Assembly (NCBI GenBank): GCA_963804645.1
Contig: CAWDRG010000017.1
Span: 32,001 to 96,000 of the forward strand
DNA from: an uncultured Bacillota bacterium
GTDB taxonomy: Bacteria; Sysuimicrobiota; Sysuimicrobiia; Sysuimicrobiales; Segetimicrobiaceae
Length of the DNA: 64,000 bases
Reading direction: 5' to 3'
The position numbers were made by a program, and so were the translations under genes. Position 1 is the first letter of the stretch. Each line of letters begins with the position of its first letter. The notes under the pieces are model-generated. The model saw only the letters and a list, made by a program, of their open reading frames with translations. It searched no databases and had not been told where the DNA came from. This document shows positions 52,718 to 62,284 of the stretch, piece by piece.

Positions 52718-54367
52718 TCACGCATCGCGGCCGGAGGATCGCGATCCCAACACAAGCCCGTACGCCTCGCGACGCGGATCCACCCCGAGCGCCCGGGTAC
52801 CGCTCGCGGGATCGATCGCGATCACCTTCGCGCTGCCGGTGGTCACGGGGCTCGTCCCCTCCACGGCCAGTTCGGCCCAGTCGCTGAGCATCGTGACCCG
52901 ATATCCGTCGCGGCGGAGCGCCTCGGGCACCTCGGCGGAGAAGCGCCCCTCGAGGAAGATCGCCTGGAGCGAGTCGTAGTGGAGCGCCCCGCCGACGAGA
53001 AAGCGCGGCGCCTCGACCGCCTGCTGCGGGCCGAACCCGAAGTCGAGGATGTTCGTGAGCACCTGGAGGTTCGTCTGCACCTGCGTGTGTCCGCCGGGCG
53101 TGCCCCCGAGCAACACGAGATCGTCGCCGCGCGTGACCATGTAGGTGTGCAGCGTGTAGGCCGGCGTCTTCCCCCCCGCCACAACGTCGGGATGGTCGGG
53201 CCGCGCGCTCGCGGAGTTGAGGCGGCCGTTGGCGAGGATCCCGGTCCCCGGGATGACGACCCCGCAGTCGGTCCACAGGCTTTGGATCATCGCGACGGCG
53301 TTCCCGCGTGCGTCCACGGTGCTCAGCGACGTCGTATCGCCGGCGCGCTCCTCCACCGGCGCGCCAGCGGGCGCATGGAGGCCGCGCCGTATCTCGGCGA
53401 TGCGCGCCTCGGCGAGCACCCGGTCAAGCGCAAACCCGGTGAATCGCGGATCCCCGAACCAGCGGTCGCGGTCCTCGAACGCCGCACGAATCGAGCCCGC
53501 GAGCGAGCGGACCCGCGCCGGCCCGTACCCCGCTCCCCGCAGGTCGACGCCGTCGAGCACGCGCAGCATCTGCACGAGCATCCATCCCTGTGACATCGGC
53601 GGCGGCGTGTATACCGTGTGGCCCCGGTAGGCCGCGCAGAGCGGTTCCTCCCAGGCGGCATGGTACGCGCCAAGATCGGCCGCGTCGATGACGCCGCCCG
53701 CGTCGCGCAGCCCGCGCGCGAAGATCTCTGCGAGCGCGCCTTCATAAAAATCCCGCGCGCCGTGCCGCGCAAGATGGCGCAGGGTCCCGGCGAGGTCGGG
53801 CTGGCGAAACAGCGTCCCTGGGGCCGGCACCCGGCCGCGGGGCAGCAGGAGCGCCGCGCAGGCCTCGTTCGCCGCGTACTTGGCCTGGTACTTGCGGATC
53901 CACTCGGCGAGCGACTCGTACATCGGAAAGCCGTACTCGGCCAGCTCGATCGCCGGCTGCAGCACGTCGGCCCACGGCATGGTTCCGAAGCGCGACTGCG
54001 CCTGCGCCCAGCCGTCGAGCACCCCCGGCACCGATGAGATCAGCCCGCCGCGCTCCGGAATGCCATCTGGGAAGTGCCCGTGCGTCAGCGCGGTCGGCGC
54101 GGGCCCGCCGGCGTTGAGCGCATACACGCGCCGGGAGCCCGCGTCGCGGATCAGGAAAAAGCCGTCGCCCGCAACGCCGCACATATGGGGGCGCACTACC
54201 CCGACCGCCGCCGCGGTCGCGATCGCCGCGTCCACTGCATTGCCCCCGCGGTCCAGGATCCTCGCGCCCGCGGCCGCGGCGAGCGGATGGCCGGCGACGA
54301 CAGCGGCGGCAGAGCCCCGGATCGGCCGATACCGCGTCGGACCGTCCGGTGCGACGTGTGCGTTCAT
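52718..54367 (-). CDS. Gamma-glutamyltransferase family Ntn hydrolase (third copy)
   Basis: GHPLAA, GGNAVDAAIA, GDTTSLSTVDARGNAV, GTPGG..Q.Q, GVDPRRE. Confidence 0.92.
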   Translation of the reverse strand: MNAHVAPDGPTRYRPIRGSAAAVVAGHPLAAAAGARILDRGGNAVDAAIATAAAVGVVRPHMCGVAGDGFFLIRDAGSRRVYALNAGGPAPTALTHGHFPDGIPERGGLISSVPGVLDGWAQAQSRFGTMPWADVLQPAIELAEYGFPMYESLAEWIRKYQAKYAANEACAALLLPRGRVPAPGTLFRQPDLAGTLRHLARHGARDFYEGALAEIFARGLRDAGGVIDAADLGAYHAAWEEPLCAAYRGHTVYTPPPMSQGWMLVQMLRVLDGVDLRGAGYGPARVRSLAGSIRAAFEDRDRWFGDPRFTGFALDRVLAEARIAEIRRGLHAPAGAPVEERAGDTTSLSTVDARGNAVAMIQSLWTDCGVVIPGTGILANGRLNSASARPDHPDVVAGGKTPAYTLHTYMVTRGDDLVLLGGTPGGHTQVQTNLQVLTNILDFGFGPQQAVEAPRFLVGGALHYDSLQAIFLEGRFSAEVPEALRRDGYRVTMLSDWAELAVEGTSPVTTGSAKVIAIDPASGTRALGVDPRREAYGLVLGSRSSGRDA

Positions 54368-54748
54368 CTCTCACGCTCCGGGTGCAACCTGACCCACCCA
54401 CTGCTACGCGCCGCCGGCCAGGTTTACCTCCGGTGCCGACCATGATACGAAGCGATCAGTCACTCGCGACGGCGCGGCGTTGTCATCGTGGGGGCAGGGC
54501 CGGTAGGAGCTCCCAGACTGCGGCGGGCACCGCTTCGGAAGGACTGGCTGTCCCGCCGTTGGAATTGAGCGTGCACGAAGACCAGGCGGCATCACGCTCC
54601 AAGATCGACAACTACCTGGGTGTTCCTCCCGGCATCTCAGGTCGGGAGATCACAACGCGCGTATACACTTGTGCGTTCTTAGAAGAAAGACGCGCAAAGC
54701 GCGCGTTGTGAACAAAGCGCGATTGAAAACGCTAGATAAGGAGTGATC

Positions 54749-55186
54749 ATGGCAAGGGTGACTTTTGGAAACCATTCGGCGGTTATAGTTCCGCGAAAAG
54801 ATCGGGACAGACTTCGTAAGTTTTATTGTGATGTCCTGGGCTGCAAGATCACGAGAGAGAATGATCAAAAGGACGACCTTCGTATGGGAGAGAACTTCTA
54901 TCTCGCGTTTATGTACGGGGATGACGCTGATGAGAGCGAGTTTTTACGAACTGGAAAATCGGTCTGGCTGGAAATCAAATCCGACAACGTCGAAGAAATG
55001 AGGCAGAAAATTCTCGATTTCGGCGTCAGGAAGCTTGATATACCTGACCCCCACCTCTACTTTCAGGCACCAGGAGGTCAAGTGCTCCGCTTAGTCGGAA
55101 TCAACGAGGACCTCTCCAAATATGAGGGGAACGGAGAAGGCCCGAATGTGGGAAAGGTAAAAGAAGCAATCGAAAGAACGGAATAA
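54749..55186 (+). CDS. VOC/glyoxalase-like protein with AT-richer codon usage
   Basis: GNHSA..V..FYCDVLGC, WLEIK, YFQAPGGQVLRL; TAAGGAG RBS. Confidence 0.8.
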   Translation: MARVTFGNHSAVIVPRKDRDRLRKFYCDVLGCKITRENDQKDDLRMGENFYLAFMYGDDADESEFLRTGKSVWLEIKSDNVEEMRQKILDFGVRKLDIPDPHLYFQAPGGQVLRLVGINEDLSKYEGNGEGPNVGKVKEAIERTE

Positions 55187-55484
55187 AAAACGAGTTACGA
55201 GACCAACTTTCAAATAGGTGTTAAGGGTTTCGTGGACACCTTATGGTTAGAGGGGCTGATGCCCCAGAGGGGAGTCCACGGTGCCAAAGAGTCGACCGCC
55301 GTATGCACGGCGGTTTCGAGAGGGAGCGGTCCGGTTGGTTCGAGAATCCAGGTTAGCACAGTTCTGCGTCTAGTGTCGAGATACTACCAAAGACCGACTC
55401 CAGAGGACCGTTGGCCGAAAGATGCTGGATCGCTAACGTTCAACTTTGACAAGTACCCGGTTCTCAACGAGGGGGAGGAATTTC

Positions 55485-57992
55485 ATGCTCTTCCAAGCCT
55501 ATCACGGCGTAACGGCCGCTCAGCATCAGACAAACTTCAACAAGTGGTCCGCCCAGGGCTATCGGATGATCTCGCTCAGCGTCTATGGCGACCCGGGCAA
55601 CGCGTTGTACGCCGCGGTGTGGGTGCAGCGCGCCGGGCCGGCTTGGGTCGCGATCCACGGCGTGGACGGCGCCGGCTATCAAAGCTTCTTCACCAAATGG
55701 TCGAACGAGGGCTATTATCCCGTGCTCGTCTCGGCGACCGGCGCGATCAACGACGCCGTGTTCGCGTCCGTGTTTGAACAGGGCAATCCGGGCCCCTGGG
55801 TCGGACGCCACGGCATGACGCCCGCCGACTTCGCGGCCACCGACGCGTCGAGCCTCAACAATGGACAGATGATCCGCTCCTTCGCGATCTACGGCACGTC
55901 CTCGGATCGGCGCTACGCTGCGATCTGGCATCCTAACCCGACCTACGTGAAATCGCATGTGCATCCGGCTGACAGTGCCTCCGCCTATCAGACGGACTTC
56001 AACGCCGAGACCCAGCTGCCGGGCGTCTATCTGAACGCCTATCGGCCGGCCTATGTCGCGCTGTCGAGCGACGCGACCTATTGCTCGGTGTTCAAGGACG
56101 ATTTCGTCGGACCCTGGGTCGCGCGCCACGGCCTCTCCGGTTCCGACTACCAGACGTTCTTCAACCAGCAGGTCGCCGAGGGCTACTATCCGATCGTCGT
56201 GCAGGGCGGCGGCACGACCCCCGCGCCGATCTACGCCGCAATCTTCGCCAAGCAGGACATTCCCGACGCCCGTCAATGGACCGTCACCGGCGCACCGCTC
56301 GCCGCGCTCGCGCCGGTCGATCAGGCAGTGCAGATCTTCATGCACGACAACGGCGTGCGCGCCGTGCAAGTCGCCATCGCCAAGAACGGCGCAATGAAGT
56401 CTTCGCGCGGGTACAGTTGGGCGGAGCCCGCCTATCGCGTGACGCAGCCAACCGACCGCTTCCTGCTCGCTAGCTGCAGCAAGATGTTCTGCGCCGCAGC
56501 GATCCAGAGCCTCTACAACAGCGGCAAGCTGCAACCGCCGACCCTGACTGTCAAACCCAACGGGAATGAGAAGCCGGTCGTCGGCGACGCGGTGACGGGC
56601 AACAAGAGCGGCGCGACCGCCGTCGTGACGGCGGTCAACGGCGACACGCTGACGCTCGTTTCGGTGCTCAACACATTCACGACGGCCGACACCGCCGCGA
56701 CGATGAGTAACTCGGGCGGCACGGTCGCGGTGCTCGCCTACAATCCGGGGACGAAGGTCTATCCGCTGCTAGGCTTCTCGCATCCAGCCGACCCGCGCAG
56801 CGACACGATCACGGTGCAGCAGCTGCTCGACCATCAGGGCGGCTATAACGACGGCCGAAATCCCAAGTATCCGGGGGCGCTCGATCCGACCTACAGCATG
56901 CGGCAGATCGGTCAGGCGCTCGGACATGTCGTCGCCAGCAAGCTCGATATCGCGCGCTACATGTATGGTCAGCCGCTGCAGTTTCCGCCGGGGACGGACT
57001 CGGCGTATTCGAACTACGGCTATTTGCTGCTCGGCGCGGTCGTCGAGCAAGTCACCGGACTGAGCTATCACGCCTACCTCGCGCAGGCCGTTCTGCAACC
57101 GGCCGGCATCAGCGAGGTCGAGGTGTTCCCGACGCGCGCCGCCGGTCGGACCGCGCATCAGGCGATCGCCGAGGATCAGAGCCTGGGACAGGATCCGCTC
57201 GACCTCGCCTCCACGCTGAACATTCCGGCGGTCTATGGCGGCGACGGCGAGATCAACGAGATAGGCGATCCGAACGACGGCACGGCCGCCTCGGCCGAGG
57301 CTATGGCGCAGTTGATCCACACGCACGCGGTCTGGGGCAATGGCGGCCGGGCGCCGGGTGCCGCTCGGGCCGGCAGTACGCCCGGCGCCTCCACATGGGC
57401 CGAGTCGCGCTGGGACGGCGTCGATTGGGCGTACACCGTCAACACGAGGGATTGGCCGCCGACCAACGGCCAGACCGCGGCCACGACCGCCACGGGCAAT
57501 CAAGCGCTGAAGACGACTGCGTTCACACTCACGGTGGCCAGCGGCGGGACGGTCGGTTTCACGCCCTCGGGCCATCTGCTCGTGGACACGGTCAGCAACG
57601 GAACCCAGCTCGTCGCCTACACGGGCGTCAATGCCACGGCGAATACGTTCACAGGTTGCACAGCCCCGGCCAACGCCGGCACGGCTGGCGACGGCGCCAA
57701 TGTGATACAGGCCTCGACTGTCGTCGGCGCCCCGGCGCTTACGCAGACGACTTTCACGTTGAGCGTGAGCCAAAACGGCACGCAGGGTTTTGCGCGCACC
57801 GGACTGCTGCTCGTGACCAATTCCGCGAATGCGGTACAGCTGATCAGCTACACGGGGCTCGGCGCGGACGCTTTCGATGGGTGCGCGGCGCTCCTGCCCG
57901 GTGCGGGGAGCGCCGCTGCGGGCGCCGTCGTGACGCAAGCGACGCTCTCGGCGAGCATAGACACGTTGCTCAATTCGATTGCTCTGCCATAA
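55485..57992 (+). CDS. Tandem-repeat (BTRD1/polyglycine-hydrolase-like) plus beta-lactamase-fold serine hydrolase with extra beta-rich domains
   Basis: About five repeats (AxHG....YQ..F......GY.....S......YAA.W); ASCSK (SxxK), LLDHQGG, PG...AYSNYGY; duplicated C-terminal module; GGGAGGA RBS. Confidence 0.85.
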   Translation: MLFQAYHGVTAAQHQTNFNKWSAQGYRMISLSVYGDPGNALYAAVWVQRAGPAWVAIHGVDGAGYQSFFTKWSNEGYYPVLVSATGAINDAVFASVFEQGNPGPWVGRHGMTPADFAATDASSLNNGQMIRSFAIYGTSSDRRYAAIWHPNPTYVKSHVHPADSASAYQTDFNAETQLPGVYLNAYRPAYVALSSDATYCSVFKDDFVGPWVARHGLSGSDYQTFFNQQVAEGYYPIVVQGGGTTPAPIYAAIFAKQDIPDARQWTVTGAPLAALAPVDQAVQIFMHDNGVRAVQVAIAKNGAMKSSRGYSWAEPAYRVTQPTDRFLLASCSKMFCAAAIQSLYNSGKLQPPTLTVKPNGNEKPVVGDAVTGNKSGATAVVTAVNGDTLTLVSVLNTFTTADTAATMSNSGGTVAVLAYNPGTKVYPLLGFSHPADPRSDTITVQQLLDHQGGYNDGRNPKYPGALDPTYSMRQIGQALGHVVASKLDIARYMYGQPLQFPPGTDSAYSNYGYLLLGAVVEQVTGLSYHAYLAQAVLQPAGISEVEVFPTRAAGRTAHQAIAEDQSLGQDPLDLASTLNIPAVYGGDGEINEIGDPNDGTAASAEAMAQLIHTHAVWGNGGRAPGAARAGSTPGASTWAESRWDGVDWAYTVNTRDWPPTNGQTAATTATGNQALKTTAFTLTVASGGTVGFTPSGHLLVDTVSNGTQLVAYTGVNATANTFTGCTAPANAGTAGDGANVIQASTVVGAPALTQTTFTLSVSQNGTQGFARTGLLLVTNSANAVQLISYTGLGADAFDGCAALLPGAGSAAAGAVVTQATLSASIDTLLNSIALP

Positions 57993-58419
57993 TTTCCGGT
58001 ACCTCGGCCTGTGCTTCCCTCGACGAATAGTCCGAGCGACGCACGGATTGTTTACGGAGCTAGGGGTCGGCGAAGAGCCCTGTAACGAGCGCGCGCACCG
58101 TGCGATCGCGAGGTTCGCGGCGAGCACCGCGAATCTTAGCCGACCGCGTGCCGCGTCGACCATCGTGCCGCACGTGAGAAAAGCGCTGCGCACAGAGCCC
58201 GCGTTTCTCTTCGTACAGGCTGTCGAGGTGGGCCTCCAGCGCGTTGAGCATCTCCGTTAAGGCTTCTCCAGATGACATCTATCAAACACTGACACCGAAG
58301 TCACATTCGATATTTCGACGGATGATAAACAAAGGTTCATTCGGTTCAGGCATTCAGGCTGGAGGGAAGAGACGGATTTCTACGCTCATTGCTCGATGAG
58401 ATGGGCTACTTTCATGTGG

Positions 58420-58790
58420 CGTTGACGAGCTTGCAACAACGCCTGATGAAGACGGGTGGCCGGCTCGTGAAGCACGCGCGGTACTACTGGCTACTCTTGG
58501 CGAAAGGACACTTGACGCGGCGGCTGTTCGGCGCGATCGTACGACGGCTTGAGATGCTGTCGGTGCCGGCGGGGTAGCAGCGCCTTCGCTGACGCCAACG
58601 GTGCGGCCAGTGCTGGAGGCGGGAGTGGTGTCCGAGAATTCGACTGCCAGCGCGGCCGTACGGAATGTCAAGGGTCCGAGCGGGGCACAAACGGGCTTTC
58701 GGGAAACGCTACGAGGACTCCGCATGGGAACCGACGGGCTGGGTTCAACGAAGGGAAGGAGTGCAGGCATCAAAACGGAAATCTCCGCAA
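58420..58790 (+). mobile_element. IS1380-family transposase C-terminal remnant and probable right end
   Basis: LTSLQQRLMKTGGRLVKHARYYWLLLA.GHLTRRLFG matches the recalled IS1380 Tnp C-terminus; downstream CAAAACGGAAATCTCCG (58771-58787) resembles a terminal repeat. Confidence 0.7.
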
Positions 58791-58860
58791 ACGGCTCAGG
58801 GAGCCTCGCCGGCGAAATTGCGGTCCAACTCGTCGTCTTTCGATCAGAGAGGAATAAACG

Positions 58861-59625
58861 ATGGCACGGATGCTAGAGGGGAAAGTCGCATTGATTACCG
58901 GTGCGGCCCGCGGCATCGGTCGTCAGACCGCGGTACTATTTGCTCGCGAAGGCGCCCGGGTTGTCGTCGCCGATCTCTCCGCTGAAGGCGTCAAGGAGAC
59001 CGCAGCGGTGATCACCAACGCTGGAGGCGAGGCGACGGCGGTCGTCGCCGACATCAGCAAGCCGGCGGATGTCTCGGCCATGATGACGGCCACCCTCACT
59101 GCCTTCGGTCGGCTCGATTGCGCCTTCAATAATGCTGGCATCAACGGAACGCTGGCGGGCGTCCGCGGCAAGCTCACGGCCGAATGGCCCGAAGATGCCT
59201 TCGACAAGCTGATCCAGGTCAACCTTAAGGGCACGTGGCTGTGCATGAAGGCGGAACTCCAGCAAATGGTTCAGCAAGGTGCTGGATCAATCGTGAATAC
59301 CGCGTCCCTCGCCGGGTTGACTGGCTTTCCGACCACCGCGGCGTACGCCGCGAGCAAGCACGGAGTCGTCGGCCTCACTAAGACCGCGGCGATTGAGTAT
59401 GCCCCGGAGGTCCGGGTCAACTGCGTCTGCCCAGGATGGATCAATACGGACATGACTGCGGAAACGATCGCGCGGCATGGGGCCGATCTCTTGGTCAGAG
59501 TCCCCTCTAAGGAATTTGGTAAACCCGAAGATGTCGGTGAGATGGTGTGCTGGCTGTCATCCGACCGTGCGCGCTACGTCACCGGAGGCGTCTTCACGGT
59601 CGATGGCGGGTACATGGCGAACTAA
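58861..59625 (+). CDS. SDR family oxidoreductase
   Basis: TGAARGIG, AFNNAGI, VNLKG, YAASKHG, VCPGWI.T. Confidence 0.93.
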   Translation: MARMLEGKVALITGAARGIGRQTAVLFAREGARVVVADLSAEGVKETAAVITNAGGEATAVVADISKPADVSAMMTATLTAFGRLDCAFNNAGINGTLAGVRGKLTAEWPEDAFDKLIQVNLKGTWLCMKAELQQMVQQGAGSIVNTASLAGLTGFPTTAAYAASKHGVVGLTKTAAIEYAPEVRVNCVCPGWINTDMTAETIARHGADLLVRVPSKEFGKPEDVGEMVCWLSSDRARYVTGGVFTVDGGYMAN

Positions 59626-59649
59626 CCAGGCAAGCACGGGGCGGGCGGG

Positions 59650-59740
59650 CTAGTGTAGCACAAGTCCCACGAGCTGCCACGCCGAGCACGAACCAGGCTG
59701 CATAGTCCCCGACCAACCCGCTGTGCATGCGCCCTAAATA
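59650..59740 (-). pseudogene. Fragment resembling the C-terminus of a complex-I/Mrp antiporter-like membrane subunit
   Basis: LGRMHSGLVGDYAAWFVLG resembles the L..LHSG.VGDY..W motif; the rest of the gene is absent. Confidence 0.4.
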
Positions 59741-60249
59741 TCGCTGATCCCGGTTAAGGTTCTCTGGAATAAGGAAAAGGGCGTCCAAGGCCAAATGACC
59801 TGCAAATCAATTACCGTTGAGGTTGTAGGAAAGGCAGCGGATAGCATCGTCACTGTTGGTGCGGCATAGAACATGTATACTGGATCGGGCCGTGCGGCAA
59901 TATGCCGGTTCGCCCAGCAGTTTCGGGGCGGCCCCAGGCCGGGGGCACGAACCTTCGAGGCCCCTTGCAGGGAGAGGCGTTTCTTCGTGCCGCCCGCTTG
60001 GTGCTCACGTCGAGCAGGGGTTGAACCAAACAGTCGTTCGATATGCCGGAACAGACGAGTCGCGTCTCGTAGATGGATATGCCGCGCTCGCTCGCCGGCC
60101 GGCGGCTGTCGACACCGCCGGCCGGCGTGGACATCGACGCGATCGTCCACGCATCGGCGGTGGTGCAGCGGCGCGACCGGGCAGGAGTTTCCCTGTCCCG
60201 CGGACGATGAGTGGCCGAAGACGCCGGAAGGCGAACCGGGGGGTGCGCG

Positions 60250-60957
60250 ATGCCGCTTGCGGGAGAGACCGTGATGGTGATCGGGGCGGGTCGCGGGCTG
60301 GGACGGGCGGTCGCGCTCGCCGCCGGGCGCGCGGGCGCCCGCGTCGTGCTCGCGGCGCGCACGCAGTCCGAGGTCGACCGGGCGGCCAGCGACGTCCGAT
60401 CGCTCGGCGTGGAGGCGATCGCCGTCGCCGCGGACGCGCGGCGTCCCGCGGACGTCGCGCGCGTCTTCGAGGCGTCGGCCGGCTGGGGCACGCCGGCCCT
60501 GATCGTCAACTGCGTCGGCGACTGGCTCGTCAAGCCGTTCGAAGACTGCACGTTCGAAGACTATCACCGCATCATCGAGAATAACCTCACCCCCGCATTC
60601 GTGATCGGCCAGGCCGCGATGCCGCGGCTGATCGCGCGCGGCGGCGGCCGGCTCGTGTTCGTCTCCTCGCGGGTCGCGGTGACGGGCGGCGCGCCCGCGG
60701 CCCTGTACGGGGCGGCGAAGGCTGGCGTCGTGAACTTGACCCGCTCGCTCGCGCAGCTCGGGAAGCCCCACGGCGTCGCGGTGCACGCGATCTGTCCCGG
60801 CCCGATGGACACGCCGATGCGGTGGGCGGCGACCCCCGAGTTCGACCGCACGAAGACGATCCCGGCTGAGGCGGTGGCCGATCTGATCGTCGGACTCGCG
60901 GCGTACCCCACCGTGACGCTCGAGGACGTGATCGTCCCGGCGGCGGTCACCCTGTAG
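60250..60957 (+). CDS. SDR family oxidoreductase
   Basis: IGAGRGLG, AART, YGAAKAG, ICPGPMDTP. Confidence 0.9.
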   Translation: MPLAGETVMVIGAGRGLGRAVALAAGRAGARVVLAARTQSEVDRAASDVRSLGVEAIAVAADARRPADVARVFEASAGWGTPALIVNCVGDWLVKPFEDCTFEDYHRIIENNLTPAFVIGQAAMPRLIARGGGRLVFVSSRVAVTGGAPAALYGAAKAGVVNLTRSLAQLGKPHGVAVHAICPGPMDTPMRWAATPEFDRTKTIPAEAVADLIVGLAAYPTVTLEDVIVPAAVTL

Positions 60958-61026
60958 CCCCGCGGGGAACCAGGAGCGCGCGCCCGCGCGGAGAAGTAGC
61001 GGGCATCACCGGACCGAGGGACCGCA

Positions 61027-61206
61027 ATCGAGACGCCGCCAGAACCCAATACAGGAACAGCGCACGAGATCCGCGCGGCATCGTCGTCGGACCGCCCTAT
61101 CCTCGACGCCGGGTCCCACTGCCCGGCGTGCGGGCACGTGCTCGTCCGCCTGTGGTGCCGCACGATCTGCCGCGCGTGCGGATTCTTCGAAGGCTGCGAG
61201 GACTAG
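61027..61206 (+). CDS. Small CPxCG-type zinc-finger protein (about 59 aa) lacking a canonical start codon; not in the ORF track
   Basis: ...HCPACGHVLVRLWCRTICRACGFFEGCED*; ATC at 61027 follows GAGGGA; in-frame TAG at 60997. Confidence 0.6.
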   Translation: METPPEPNTGTAHEIRAASSSDRPILDAGSHCPACGHVLVRLWCRTICRACGFFEGCED

Positions 61207-61224
61207 CCCCCCAAGGAGTGGAGC

Positions 61225-62262
61225 ATGTTTGAGCTGGTGAAGACGCTGACGGAGTTGACCGGCCCGGTCGGGTACGAGGACGCGGTGCAGGAATGGGTCG
61301 CCGCGGCGTGGCGCGAACGCGGCCTCGAGGTCCAGCGGACGCCGATCGGCAACGTCCTGGGTCGCCTCGGCGGCCGCGGGCCGAAGCTGTTGATCGGTGC
61401 GCACGCCGACGAGATCTGCTTCCGGGTCAAGAGCGTCGACGACCGCGGCTTCGTGTGGCTGACCACGGGGCGCGGCGGCGGCGAACTCCGCCCGCCGGAG
61501 CCCGTCCCGCTCGGGCTGGTGGCGGAGATCCTCACGGACACCGGCACGGTGCGCGGCACGTTCGTGTCGCTCACCGGCCACGTCAAGACCCGGACGCAGC
61601 GCGCCGACGAGGGCGCGCTCGATTGGTTTGACTTCTACGTCGACATAGGCGCCCGCAGCGGCGCAGAGGCGGAGGCGCTCGGCGTCCACCCGGGCTGCCC
61701 GGTGATCAACACGGTCGTGACGCGGCGCGAGGGCCAGAACATCGTCGGGAAGGCGATGGACGACCGGGCGGCGCTCGCGATCATGACGGCGTTCGCGGAC
61801 CGGGTGGACCGCGCGCGCCTGCAGTACGAGGTGTGGCTGGTGTCGACCATCCAGGAGGAGATCGGCCTGATCGGTGCGCGCTCCGCCGCCGCGGGATTCG
61901 ACCTCGGCGTCATCGTCGAGGTCGGACTCGCGGGCGACATCCCGCTCGTCGATCCCCGCCAGATCCCGCTCTCGCTCGGGGCGGGGCCGATCGTCGTCCA
62001 CAAGGACCAGACCGTGGTGTACGCGCGCACCCTCACCGGGGCGCTCCTGCGCTGCGCGCGCGCCGCCGGCATCCCGACCCAGCACGGGGTGTTCCAGAAC
62101 TTCTCCAGCGACGGCCGGGAATGGATCCAGGAAGGCGTGCCGACCGCGATGGTCGCGTTCCCGTGCCGCTACACGCACAGCCCGTACGAGACGGTGCAGG
62201 AATCGGACCTCGTCCAGACGGCCGACCTGCTGGCCGCGTTCACCACCACGCCGCCCGGGTAG
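61225..62262 (+). CDS. M42 family metallopeptidase (TET-like)
   Basis: GPVGYE, AHADEI, FYVDIG, GKAMDDR, QEEIGL.GA, RYTHSP.E. Confidence 0.93.
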   Translation: MFELVKTLTELTGPVGYEDAVQEWVAAAWRERGLEVQRTPIGNVLGRLGGRGPKLLIGAHADEICFRVKSVDDRGFVWLTTGRGGGELRPPEPVPLGLVAEILTDTGTVRGTFVSLTGHVKTRTQRADEGALDWFDFYVDIGARSGAEAEALGVHPGCPVINTVVTRREGQNIVGKAMDDRAALAIMTAFADRVDRARLQYEVWLVSTIQEEIGLIGARSAAAGFDLGVIVEVGLAGDIPLVDPRQIPLSLGAGPIVVHKDQTVVYARTLTGALLRCARAAGIPTQHGVFQNFSSDGREWIQEGVPTAMVAFPCRYTHSPYETVQESDLVQTADLLAAFTTTPPG

Positions 62263-62284
62263 TCAGCGCGGCGCGCGCGCCCCG

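Noticed and set aside
55295..55314. Perfect 8-bp hairpin ACCGCCGT-ATGC-ACGGCGGT as a terminator
   Set aside because: About 110 nt past the stop with no proper U-tract; insufficient support
58060..58278. 72-aa minus-strand ORF (MSSGEALTEML...)
   Set aside because: No recognisable motif; lies in the decayed zone next to the IS remnant
59941..59995. GGCACGAA...TTCGTGCC stem as a riboswitch
   Set aside because: I could not match it to any riboswitch consensus, and short stems are common in GC-rich DNA
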